A stretch of 64,000 nt of DNA from assembly GCA_041653495.1 (NCBI GenBank), contig JBAZFF010000001.1, forward strand, positions 4,987 to 68,986. The letters run 5' to 3'. Of the stretch, positions 16,037-23,500 are shown one piece after another. This DNA comes from Minisyncoccota bacterium (lineage in GTDB: Bacteria; Patescibacteriota; Minisyncoccia; Minisyncoccales; RBG-13-42-11). The notes beneath the pieces are model-generated. The model was not told the origin of the DNA. It ran no database searches and was given only the letters and a program-made list of their open reading frames with translations. Every line of letters begins with the position of its first letter. The first letter of the stretch is position 1. A program made the translations under genes and the position numbers.

Positions 16037-16123
16037 ATATTCCCTCCTGTCTTATATTATGAACTGTATGTCGATATTATAACTTTTTCTTAGAAAATCA
16101 AGCCTAGGATTATTCGGTCGGCT

Positions 16124-16143
16124 GGTAGATTGTGAGACATAAA
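16124..16143 (+). repeat. Array motif copy R3 (GGTAGATTGTGAGACATAAA)
   Basis: Followed by the GAAGCC…GGCTC hairpin. Confidence 0.7.
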
Positions 16144-16194
16144 GAAAAAGAAGCCATCAAGCGGCTCCTTGTAATTATTCAGACCAACTATTGA

Positions 16195-17250
16195 TTATCT
16201 CATAATATAAGCAGAAGAGGGACCCTTTCCAATCTGGGTGATTATGCCAATTTTTTTAAGCTGGCTTAGTTTTAACTGAACCGTCCTTTTGGGAGAATTA
16301 AGGATATCTACGGCATCTTTCACTGTAATCCTGCCAATCTGATCCAAAAAATCCAGCAATTTTAGTTGATCCTTGTCAAGGTATATTTTTGATTCAATGC
16401 CCTTGTTAATGTTTTTGAAAGACAAAGAAACGACTTGCGCCTTAACGCCGTCGATCTCTTCCTTGAATCCCCTGACGAAATATTCAAGCCAAGGCGTGAA
16501 GTCCTTTTTTCTTTCTTGATAGTTCTTGCCTGTGTTTATTGCCGCATAGTATTTCCCTCTGTCTTTGTTGTAATAGTCTTCCAGGGCAAACAATCTTCGG
16601 AAATTATATCCTCTCTGGTAGAGCACGAGCGTTGCTATAGCCCTGGCCGTCCTGCCGTTACCGTCCTGGAAAGGATGGATGGCCGCTACTTCCTGGTGAA
16701 CTATTCCGGCAGCAATGACAGGATTGATATTTTTGGCCTTACTCTCCTTTAGCCATTTTATTAGATCCTGGCAAAGACGAGGAACATCTTTAGCATCTGG
16801 ACCGGTATAAACGATTTCATCTGACAAACCGATCCTTTGGCGCACAACATATATCAAACCCCTGCGATAATGACCAGACTGATGTTCTGGTAAAGTCTTG
16901 TTAGTAACAAGCTCATGAATTTTCAACAAAACCCTTTCGGTAATCGGCTGTTCATCTTTGACGACTCTCTCTATGTATTTTAAAGCTTTAAGATAATTTT
17001 CAACTTCATAGATGTCGCGCGCTGGAGCATCTATTTTTTTACGGGCGACTATTGCTTCCACCTGTTTATAATCAAGGGCATTACCTTCTATTCCAGTAGA
17101 GCTGTGACTCATCCTGATTAACGCCTGGCGCCTCAATTTTATTTCATTTTTGGGCAAAAGCTTGGCACGATCGATAACCGCTCTTGATTCAACAATGGCG
17201 GTAAGCATCTCAACAATTTTACTCGTTATTTTATAGGAAGGATTAAACAT
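16195..17250 (-). CDS. Fic-family protein (AMPylase-type) with N-terminal inhibitory motif and C-terminal wHTH
   Basis: Fic motif IHPFQDGNGRTAR. The N-terminal STGIEGN matches the (S/T)xxxE(G/N) autoinhibitory helix of class II Fic. Confidence 0.85.
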   Translation of the reverse strand: MFNPSYKITSKIVEMLTAIVESRAVIDRAKLLPKNEIKLRRQALIRMSHSSTGIEGNALDYKQVEAIVARKKIDAPARDIYEVENYLKALKYIERVVKDEQPITERVLLKIHELVTNKTLPEHQSGHYRRGLIYVVRQRIGLSDEIVYTGPDAKDVPRLCQDLIKWLKESKAKNINPVIAAGIVHQEVAAIHPFQDGNGRTARAIATLVLYQRGYNFRRLFALEDYYNKDRGKYYAAINTGKNYQERKKDFTPWLEYFVRGFKEEIDGVKAQVVSLSFKNINKGIESKIYLDKDQLKLLDFLDQIGRITVKDAVDILNSPKRTVQLKLSQLKKIGIITQIGKGPSSAYIMR

Positions 17251-17280
17251 ATTCTATTTGTATTATAACCAATTAAAGAA

Positions 17281-17302
17281 AATCGCGCAATAATCGCGCA
17301 AA
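17281..17302 (+). promoter_or_regulatory. Tandem direct repeat AATCGCGCAA-t-AATCGCGCAA over the -35 region of the Fic promoter (candidate operator)
   Basis: Two exact 10-mers 1 nt apart, about 15-35 nt upstream of a TATAAT -10 on the minus strand at ~17262-17267. Confidence 0.35.
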
Positions 17303-17382
17303 ACTTTTAAAATAAGGTAAAAATAAGATTTAATTTCTCCTTGACAAATTATACGACGAAAATGATGCTTCGAGTCTTCGTT

Positions 17383-17402
17383 GGTAGATTGTGAGACAAA
17401 AT
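17383..17402 (+). repeat. Array motif copy R4 (GGTAGATTGTGAGACAAAAT)
   Basis: Followed by a GC-rich hairpin and TCTTT (17403-17432). Confidence 0.7.
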
Positions 17403-17449
17403 AAAAAGGGCCGTCCGTAGGCGACCCTCTTTAAACTAATCGTGTTTTA

Positions 17450-18106
17450 TCAAGCCGGCTGAAGAGAGCGTTTCTGGGGCTTAAAAAGCTCGTCCGAGAA
17501 AGACTTGTCGTTGTAAAAGACGTTCTTCCCGTAGCTTAGTAATTCATTCCCCTTCCAGGTCATAAAGAAGAACCACTGGGCGATATCTTTCCCATATTTG
17601 ATAGAGCCGCATAAGGTGAAAATCGGAACCTTCAGGGACTTATCATCCATGGTGTTGGCGCGGTAGAGGCTAAATTCCAGATTCTTGGTAATCTTTTCGT
17701 TGAAAACATCGGTGAGATTCGAAAAGACCTGGTCCGTGCGTTCGTCGCCGAATATCTTCTCGGGGCCGAGCGTTGACCCCTGCGCCAGAAACTTTGCCCT
17801 TTCCCTGATGAATTTCTTTGTAAAGAAGTTCTCTTCGAAAGAGCGGGCCCTAGTCACGAATCCGGGATTGAGAAGCACCATATCCTGGTATTTAGTTTCT
17901 TTGAGATTGATTACCCCGACGCGGCACAAATCATCCGGTTCGATGCCTAAGTCGCAGTCTATCGTGATCTCATCCATGAAACGCAGAAGATTGAGTGTTA
18001 CACGGTTGTGCAGGCCGATAGTCAGATGATCATCGTCGTTTATTAAGTCAACGACCGGGAAATCTCCCTTTCTTTCTGTTGATAAGACAACTATTCCTTT
18101 ATTCAA
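17450..18106 (-). CDS. Hypothetical protein (cassette cargo)
   Basis: 218-aa ORF with an AGGAGG RBS and a perfect 16-bp palindrome just upstream. Confidence 0.5.
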   Translation of the reverse strand: MNKGIVVLSTERKGDFPVVDLINDDDHLTIGLHNRVTLNLLRFMDEITIDCDLGIEPDDLCRVGVINLKETKYQDMVLLNPGFVTRARSFEENFFTKKFIRERAKFLAQGSTLGPEKIFGDERTDQVFSNLTDVFNEKITKNLEFSLYRANTMDDKSLKVPIFTLCGSIKYGKDIAQWFFFMTWKGNELLSYGKNVFYNDKSFSDELFKPQKRSLQPA

Positions 18107-18127
18107 AGATCTAACCTCCTAATTATT

Positions 18128-18143
18128 TCCCATTGCAATGGGA
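18128..18143 (+). promoter_or_regulatory. Perfect 16-bp palindrome TCCCATTGCAATGGGA immediately upstream of the RBS of 17450..18106
   Basis: Dyad-symmetric sequence read directly from the window; typical of a dimeric-repressor operator. Confidence 0.4.
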
Positions 18144-18192
18144 TTCTAAACTATAAAATAATTCAATCTCAAAGTCAATTCAGCTCCTCCTA

Positions 18193-18212
18193 GGTAGATT
18201 GTACGACTAGAA
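18193..18212 (+). repeat. Array motif copy R5 (degenerate: GGTAGATTGTACGACTAGAA)
   Basis: GGTAGATTGT is conserved and the rest has diverged. Confidence 0.5.
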
Positions 18213-18342
18213 TGACACGTAATGGCACACAACACACATTATTCGACATGTGTGTTTCAGAATATATTTCCCGATGTATAGACGAATACCCACGGCGTGA
18301 ATATTCCTTGGGTACTTAGTGCTTATTCTCAGCTAATAGAAT

Positions 18343-19098
18343 TTAAGAGAAATATGTCTCTATTTCCCTAGTTAAACGAGAAGAAAAATCTTTTGATATA
18401 GTTTGATGGCTTACTGGCAAAAATATTTTTAATTCTCTTTCTAAATTTCCTACTTCTGAAAGAGCATTCAATAATTTTTCCTTTAAACCAATCTCACTTC
18501 TAGGAATATAGCTCACTAGGCTTGGATTCTTTGAAATAAAATACAAATCAAAGAAATCTCTAGGTTTTTTTCTATAAAGTAAGGCTTCAATCTTCTCTTT
18601 TACTAAGATTCTCTCTGTTAAAAAAGTGACAACATATGAATCTGTAAATTCACTTTGTACAAGACTAGTGTTCGCTTCAACCTCACTAGGATTACGAAAT
18701 GAAATTTCTAATCTTATTTCCGAATCGAAATCTAACATCTTTAATTTAATAACAGTTAAATATCCTCCCGTAGTTTCCCCCTGTGTCCCATCATTAACTT
18801 TTTTCTCAGTTTGTATCCCCTCTTCTTCCATATTTCCCAAAGTTTCGTCTATTAATCTATTAATCTCTGAGTAATCTGGTCCATGATCACCAATCGCGGA
18901 AAAATCAAGATCTTCTGAAAATCGAGGACTATGGAAGACAATCCTTAGAGCAGTACCTCCTTTAAAGAGGAACTTTTCCGAACCCTTTTTCTTATAAAAA
19001 TAAGATAAAAAAAGATGTTGACAGTATTCCCTGGCTATGTTCTCTTCTATTGTCTGATATCTCGTGGCAAGTTGGCTTATGAAATGACGTGAAATCAT
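18343..19098 (-). CDS. AbiEii-family nucleotidyltransferase toxin (type IV TA / abortive infection)
   Basis: FKGGTALRIVFHSPRFSEDLDF matches the DUF1814/AbiEii GG…R.SeDlD motif. Confidence 0.7.
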   Translation of the reverse strand: MISRHFISQLATRYQTIEENIAREYCQHLFLSYFYKKKGSEKFLFKGGTALRIVFHSPRFSEDLDFSAIGDHGPDYSEINRLIDETLGNMEEEGIQTEKKVNDGTQGETTGGYLTVIKLKMLDFDSEIRLEISFRNPSEVEANTSLVQSEFTDSYVVTFLTERILVKEKIEALLYRKKPRDFFDLYFISKNPSLVSYIPRSEIGLKEKLLNALSEVGNLERELKIFLPVSHQTISKDFSSRLTREIETYFS

Positions 19099-19724
19099 AT
19101 TGGTTTATAAATTATTTTTATTAAATTAATGAATGATTTATTCTTCCTAAGATTATTTTTAAAATATTTAACATAATATCCTAATTTGTTGTCATCTATT
19201 TTACTCAAATCTACTCTATCGTTTAAATCTTTTTTCCGTAGAGACAAAAGATAAATATAATCCAACAAAGCCTTTTCTCTTTCTGCCATTAAAACATTAA
19301 CGCCCCTCATTTTTTGTGGTTGATACCCAAAAAAGAGACTCTTTTTTATTTTTATATAGTCAAAAAATGATCTTTGTACGGAGAAACTTTTTGTTTGTTT
19401 TGTAGTCGCAGAAATTATACTATAAACATTTTCTGGAATTATCCCATAAAAAGAGAGGGCTGTTTCAAATGATATATAAGATGGCTTGTACAATTTATTA
19501 GCAATCTCAAATTTGTTAGGAAGATTATGTGCAAAAATATAGAGACCTTTTTTTATTTTCAAAAAATAAGAATTTTGTTTTTTTGAGTTACGCGAAAGGA
19601 ACGCTCTCGCTGTAGAGGATTTTATCTCTAAAAATTTAGAAAATTCAGATACAGTAAAAATCCTGAGCCCAGTATTATTCAACTTTCTCTCGACTAAGCT
19701 CAAGCTTAATCTTTCATTAGTCAT
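19095..19724 (-). CDS. AbiEi-family antitoxin / transcriptional regulator
   Basis: Located directly upstream of the AbiEii gene with a 4-nt overlap; SFETALSFYGIIPE matches the AbiEi_4 signature. Confidence 0.55.
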   Translation of the reverse strand: MTNERLSLSLVERKLNNTGLRIFTVSEFSKFLEIKSSTARAFLSRNSKKQNSYFLKIKKGLYIFAHNLPNKFEIANKLYKPSYISFETALSFYGIIPENVYSIISATTKQTKSFSVQRSFFDYIKIKKSLFFGYQPQKMRGVNVLMAEREKALLDYIYLLSLRKKDLNDRVDLSKIDDNKLGYYVKYFKNNLRKNKSFINLIKIIYKPI

Positions 19725-19931
19725 GATATTTCAATATAACATAATACTACGATACCAACAATGTTTTAAACAAGTTTATCTTCGTGACAAATATGTCACT
19801 TAGAACAACCCATTATTGGATTATCGACTCATTTAGCATAACATTCTAGGTGGGAAAAGTCAATATAACCGGCCCGTAAATCATGTTCAATTAAAAAAGG
19901 GCCGTTTTCGCACAAATGCGAGCGTACCCCA

Positions 19932-20417
19932 CTAATCATTGGACCACATCCACGGATAGCCGAATCTTTGCTTTTCTACAACATTCTTTCTGAAAGCGAG
20001 CAGCTCATCCGCCGTCAGCTCCTCTTGGGCCAGCTCTATTTCATCCAGAACAGCAACCGTATGGGCCCTCTGCCAACGAATCCAAGCCTTAATACCTTCT
20101 TCGTCTATGATCACTCTGCCTATTACGTTGGCCAAATGGATTCCTTCTGAAACCATTTGAAACAACTCTTCATCGGTTTTTCTTTTATACAGAATAGATT
20201 CTCGATGTTCGTGATAGAGCGAGTAACGCAAGAAAGGATCTGTTTTGGACAGGAATATCATTACCTTTCCGGTCTTTTTATGCCGGATAAAGAGGCCTCC
20301 TCCGTATATCATGAAAGACGGAAGCCCTAAGTAAGATATCTCTTTTCCGCGTATTACTTCTTTCTTTTTGGGCAATAAGTTCCACAGAAGATGCAAAACC
20401 TTATCGGGCAAATTCAC
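19932..20417 (-). CDS. Hypothetical protein
   Basis: 161-aa ORF with no recognisable motif. Confidence 0.45.
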   Translation of the reverse strand: MNLPDKVLHLLWNLLPKKKEVIRGKEISYLGLPSFMIYGGGLFIRHKKTGKVMIFLSKTDPFLRYSLYHEHRESILYKRKTDEELFQMVSEGIHLANVIGRVIIDEEGIKAWIRWQRAHTVAVLDEIELAQEELTADELLAFRKNVVEKQRFGYPWMWSND

Positions 20418-20507
20418 GGTAAGTCCCCCCTCTCTTTAGAATATAAAGGAAGAATAATCTCCTTGCTGATATTAAATTATATAATTTCAGGAAAAAGTCA
20501 ACCCACT

Positions 20508-20527
20508 GGTAGATTGTGAGACATAAA
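20508..20527 (+). repeat. Array motif copy R6 (GGTAGATTGTGAGACATAAA)
   Basis: Followed by an A-run, hairpin and TTTT (20528-20566). Confidence 0.7.
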
Positions 20528-20841
20528 ATAAAAAAGGCTGCCGAAGCAACCTTTTAAGAGCAAAGAGTGAACTCCCCTAATAGAAGCGGTATCAAAGGAG
20601 TTCGCTCTACAACCGATTGGCCTTTAAAGCAGCCGTGCATGATAAAGAGATTCCTGGCGCATTCTTCACTTGTCCATCTTATCTCAAGTGTTTCCGCTTC
20701 CCTACCCAAGGGATAGACAAATTCAGAAAAACCAGCTTTCTCAACAAAATATTAACTGATTACTCAAAAGAATACAACAAAAAGGTAGGTCTCATGCTAT
20801 TACACATCAACAGATATCAAACAGGGGTGCTCCTCCGGTAC

Positions 20842-20861
20842 GGTAGATTATGAGGCATAAA
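20842..20861 (+). repeat. Array motif copy R7 (GGTAGATTATGAGGCATAAA)
   Basis: Variant carrying the compensated small palindrome TTATG-agg-CATAA, followed by hairpin AACCA…TGGTT and TTTCTT. Confidence 0.65.
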
Positions 20862-20941
20862 AAACCAACCATTTGGTTAATTTCTTAATTATCAATAACT
20901 AAACCATATCGTAAGAACTTGAAAAATGTTAAATTAAAAAT

Positions 20942-21832
20942 ATGAAATACAAAACAATATTATCGTTATTCTTTGTTGTGTTTTTTGTTTTTCTCTCTCC
21001 TAACCCAAGCACTGTTCAGGCATTAACCCAGGAAGAAAAAGAGAGACTAATACAACAGATTGAAATTCTCCAACAAGAAGTCACGACTTTGAAAAATCTA
21101 ATCTCAAACCTTCAATTACGACAGGAAATTACTGCCGAGTCGTATTTAGCAGTAGATCTTTCTAATAACTTAGTACTCCTGAGCAAAAACTCTGATGAGA
21201 TTCACTCCATAGCCTCTGTCACTAAGCTTATGACTGCCGTAATCGCTATTGAGAACATTGATTTGAACCAGACAATAACATTGACGGATGAAATGCTGAA
21301 TCCCCTGGGCAGCAGCCCGACTCTCTTTTCAGGATTAACCATAAGCGCGGAAGACCTTCTTAAGGCCTGCCTTATTCAATCAACTAATGACGCGGCTGAA
21401 GCCCTGTCTTACTTTATGAACGACGGAGAATTTTTAGCTTTAATGAACCAAAAGACAACGGCACTCGGAATGACCAATACCGTTTTTTACGACGTTCACG
21501 GGTTAAACCCTGAGAATCGTTCTAATGTAGTTGACATTGCCAAACTCGTATCTTACGTTTATAAAAACCATCAAGAGGTTCTAGACATTACAAAGAATAA
21601 CGACTTTTGGCTTCCAGACAAGACAGGAAGACTTCTTAAATTCAAGAATTCAAACGGATTTTATTATCTTCCCACATTTATCGGAGGAAAGACTGGATAC
21701 TTGGTGGAAGCAAAACAGGCCCTGGCTTCTGTATTTGAATTGAACGGAAATCCTACCGCCATCGTCGTACTCTATTCAGACAACCGCCAAGCCGATACTT
21801 TTGCAATAATCAGAAAACTGGAAGAAGAATAG
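20942..21832 (+). CDS. Serine-type D-Ala-D-Ala carboxypeptidase (PBP5/S11-like) with a signal peptide
   Basis: SVTK (SxxK), STN (SxN-like) and GKTGY (KTG) motifs, plus an N-terminal hydrophobic signal. Confidence 0.6.
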   Translation: MKYKTILSLFFVVFFVFLSPNPSTVQALTQEEKERLIQQIEILQQEVTTLKNLISNLQLRQEITAESYLAVDLSNNLVLLSKNSDEIHSIASVTKLMTAVIAIENIDLNQTITLTDEMLNPLGSSPTLFSGLTISAEDLLKACLIQSTNDAAEALSYFMNDGEFLALMNQKTTALGMTNTVFYDVHGLNPENRSNVVDIAKLVSYVYKNHQEVLDITKNNDFWLPDKTGRLLKFKNSNGFYYLPTFIGGKTGYLVEAKQALASVFELNGNPTAIVVLYSDNRQADTFAIIRKLEEE

Positions 21833-21954
21833 CTTTACAGAAAAACAAATCAATGAAGTGCCTGTATATCATAAACGTCTCACCGGATAGTAAAATTTCA
21901 TTTCAAAAAATTGGCTTCCCTGACTGGATGATGTTAGAACCTGTTTAAAATAAA

Positions 21955-21985
21955 AAAACACCGTTATTGGCACGGTGTCACACCT
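21955..21985 (+). terminator. Bidirectional terminator CACCGT-tattggc-ACGGTG between convergent genes
   Basis: A-run, hairpin and T-rich tract. Confidence 0.5.
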
Positions 21986-21996
21986 TATTGCTTTTA

Positions 21997-22356
21997 TTAT
22001 TTTATTTTCTTGATGAATCCCTCGAAGCCTCCATAAAGATTTAAAATTTCTCTCTTTTCTCTCTCTTGTTTTACAAGGGGTTCAAGTTTAACCCAGAGAT
22101 CTTTCCACCATTGAGGTGTCCAGGTTAAAAAGATTGTTTTGGAATCGAGAATACCCGCAGTCACATTGGTTCCTACCCGATTACCAACATAAATATATTC
22201 GAGAAAAAGCTGTTTTCTTTGAGGGTCATCTCCAATATAGGAGAGTATATCTTCTTTGCCAAGTTTCGCCATCTCAGTCCTAGCGCCCTTTATCGTTAGA
22301 CTATCCATCTGTTGACTGACAAAGGCCAATGTTGCTATTTTCTTGTTAGAGAACAT
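21997..22356 (-). CDS. Hypothetical protein
   Basis: 119-aa ORF driven by the duplicated promoter module at 22381-22462. Confidence 0.45.
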   Translation of the reverse strand: MFSNKKIATLAFVSQQMDSLTIKGARTEMAKLGKEDILSYIGDDPQRKQLFLEYIYVGNRVGTNVTAGILDSKTIFLTWTPQWWKDLWVKLEPLVKQEREKREILNLYGGFEGFIKKIK

Positions 22357-22442
22357 TATCGCTCCTCCTTTTATTTACTTACCATTCTTCCCTTTTTCTC
22401 TAATAAAACAATACCACATTTCTATGGCATTGTCAACCGTAA

Positions 22443-22462
22443 GGTAGATTATGCGTCATAAC
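22443..22462 (+). repeat. Array motif copy R8 (GGTAGATTATGCGTCATAAC)
   Basis: Variant with the palindrome TTATG-cgt-CATAA. The upstream 60 nt are near-identical to 14806-14848. Confidence 0.65.
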
Positions 22463-22723
22463 ATACAGATATCCTCCAAAGCCCCTTAATTGGGGTTTTG
22501 GTTTCTTTTAAATCGTCTATAATACATTAAAGGTCTCTAAACTGAATAATTTATTAAAATATGCCCAAGGACCTAAAAGCAGAAAAACCTAGCGGAATAG
22601 GACTATTTGTTGTTTTGGTAATAGTAGTAGTTTTAGCTTTAATCTTAAGATAGCAAATACATAAGAGCTTTCTCTCTGTTTAAGCATAGAGGGGCCGCTA
22701 AGCTTAATTTCGTATAGTAACAT

Positions 22724-22996
22724 ATGTTACTATACGAATATATGGATAAAGAATACTATTCAACAATAGAAGCGGCCAATATATTACGGGTAAGTCGTAA
22801 GACGGTTTTTAAGTGGGCCCAAAGCGGAAAAATCAAAGCCACTAAGGTCGGGCGAAATTATATCATTCCCCACTCTGTCGTTCTGGAAAAACTTGGAAAG
22901 AGCATAGGCAAAGACAAAAAGGCTAATATAGAAAAAGCCATTGACAAGGCCATGAGGGAATATGAAAAAACATTTAGAATGCTCGGAAAAAAATGA
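22724..22996 (+). CDS. Excisionase/MerR-superfamily HTH DNA-binding protein (putative antitoxin/regulator)
   Basis: YYSTIEAANILRVSRKTVFKWAQSGKIKATKVGRNYIIP matches the HTH_17 pattern. Its stop overlaps the doc ATG (ATGA). Confidence 0.7.
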   Translation: MLLYEYMDKEYYSTIEAANILRVSRKTVFKWAQSGKIKATKVGRNYIIPHSVVLEKLGKSIGKDKKANIEKAIDKAMREYEKTFRMLGKK

Positions 22997-23423
22997 GACC
23001 CAAATCAATAAGCATTGCCGAAATTGAATATACTTCATTCCGTTTAGCGGAAAAGTTTATGACTTAGGATGAGCCGATTCCCAACTTCGGATCCAGATTT
23101 CCAAATATTCTGGAAAGCTGTCTAAACCAACCGTTTGTAAGTTTTGCTAAAAAGATTTATATCGCGGGCTCGTCGGGAAGGCTAGCATCTTATTCTGTTT
23201 GATGATCAAAAATCATCCGTTCCAGAACGGAAACAAGCGCATAGCCGTAATGACTCTCTTTTATTTCTTATACAAAAATGGCAAGTGGCTTAATATCAAT
23301 AATACTGATTTATATAATTTCTCGGTTGGGGTTGCTGAAAGCAAAACAACTTCTCGGGAGAAAACAACCAATCATATCGGCCACTTGATTAAAAAGCATC
23401 TAATCAATTCTCCTAAGTTATAA
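22993..23423 (+). pseudogene. doc: doc (death-on-curing / Fic-fold toxin) disrupted by an in-frame TAG at 23065 and a frameshift near 23170-23200
   Basis: Three in-frame pieces: MRPKSISIAEIEYTSFRLAEKFMT*; DEPIPNFGSRFPNILESCLNQPF…AKKIYIAGSSGRLASYSV* (Doc N-terminal LLESaLarP-like); and, after a frameshift, …ASILFCLMIKNHPFQNGNKRIAVM (Doc motif HxFxNGNKR). Confidence 0.55.
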
Positions 23424-23442
23424 TCTTTATTTCTGTCTAGAC

Positions 23443-23460
23443 AGATTGTGAGAAAAAATA
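23443..23460 (+). repeat. Array motif copy R9 (partial: AGATTGTGAGAAAAAATA)
   Basis: Lacks the GGT. Followed by a perfect hairpin AAAAAGCG-N14-CGCTTTTT (23460-23489). Confidence 0.55.
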
Positions 23461-23500
23461 AAAAGCGGTGAAAATATTCATCGCTTTTTATCCTCTTATA

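Noticed and set aside
20617-20853. 78-aa plus-strand ORF between R6 and R7
   Set aside because: It spans the motif copy R7, has no RBS and no homology signal. It is more likely non-coding spacer of an empty module.
23065-23067. Possibility that the TAG inside doc is read through in a non-standard genetic code
   Set aside because: Housekeeping genes across the window terminate normally at TAA and TGA and translate cleanly with code 11. doc also carries a separate frameshift, so a pseudogene is more parsimonious than recoding.
14277-23490. Could the repeated motif array be a CRISPR array?
   Set aside because: Repeat spacing is irregular (0.3-2.3 kb) and the intervals contain full-length genes with their own RBS and terminators. 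Each repeat is followed by a different hairpin rather than being an identical direct repeat. No cas genes are present.
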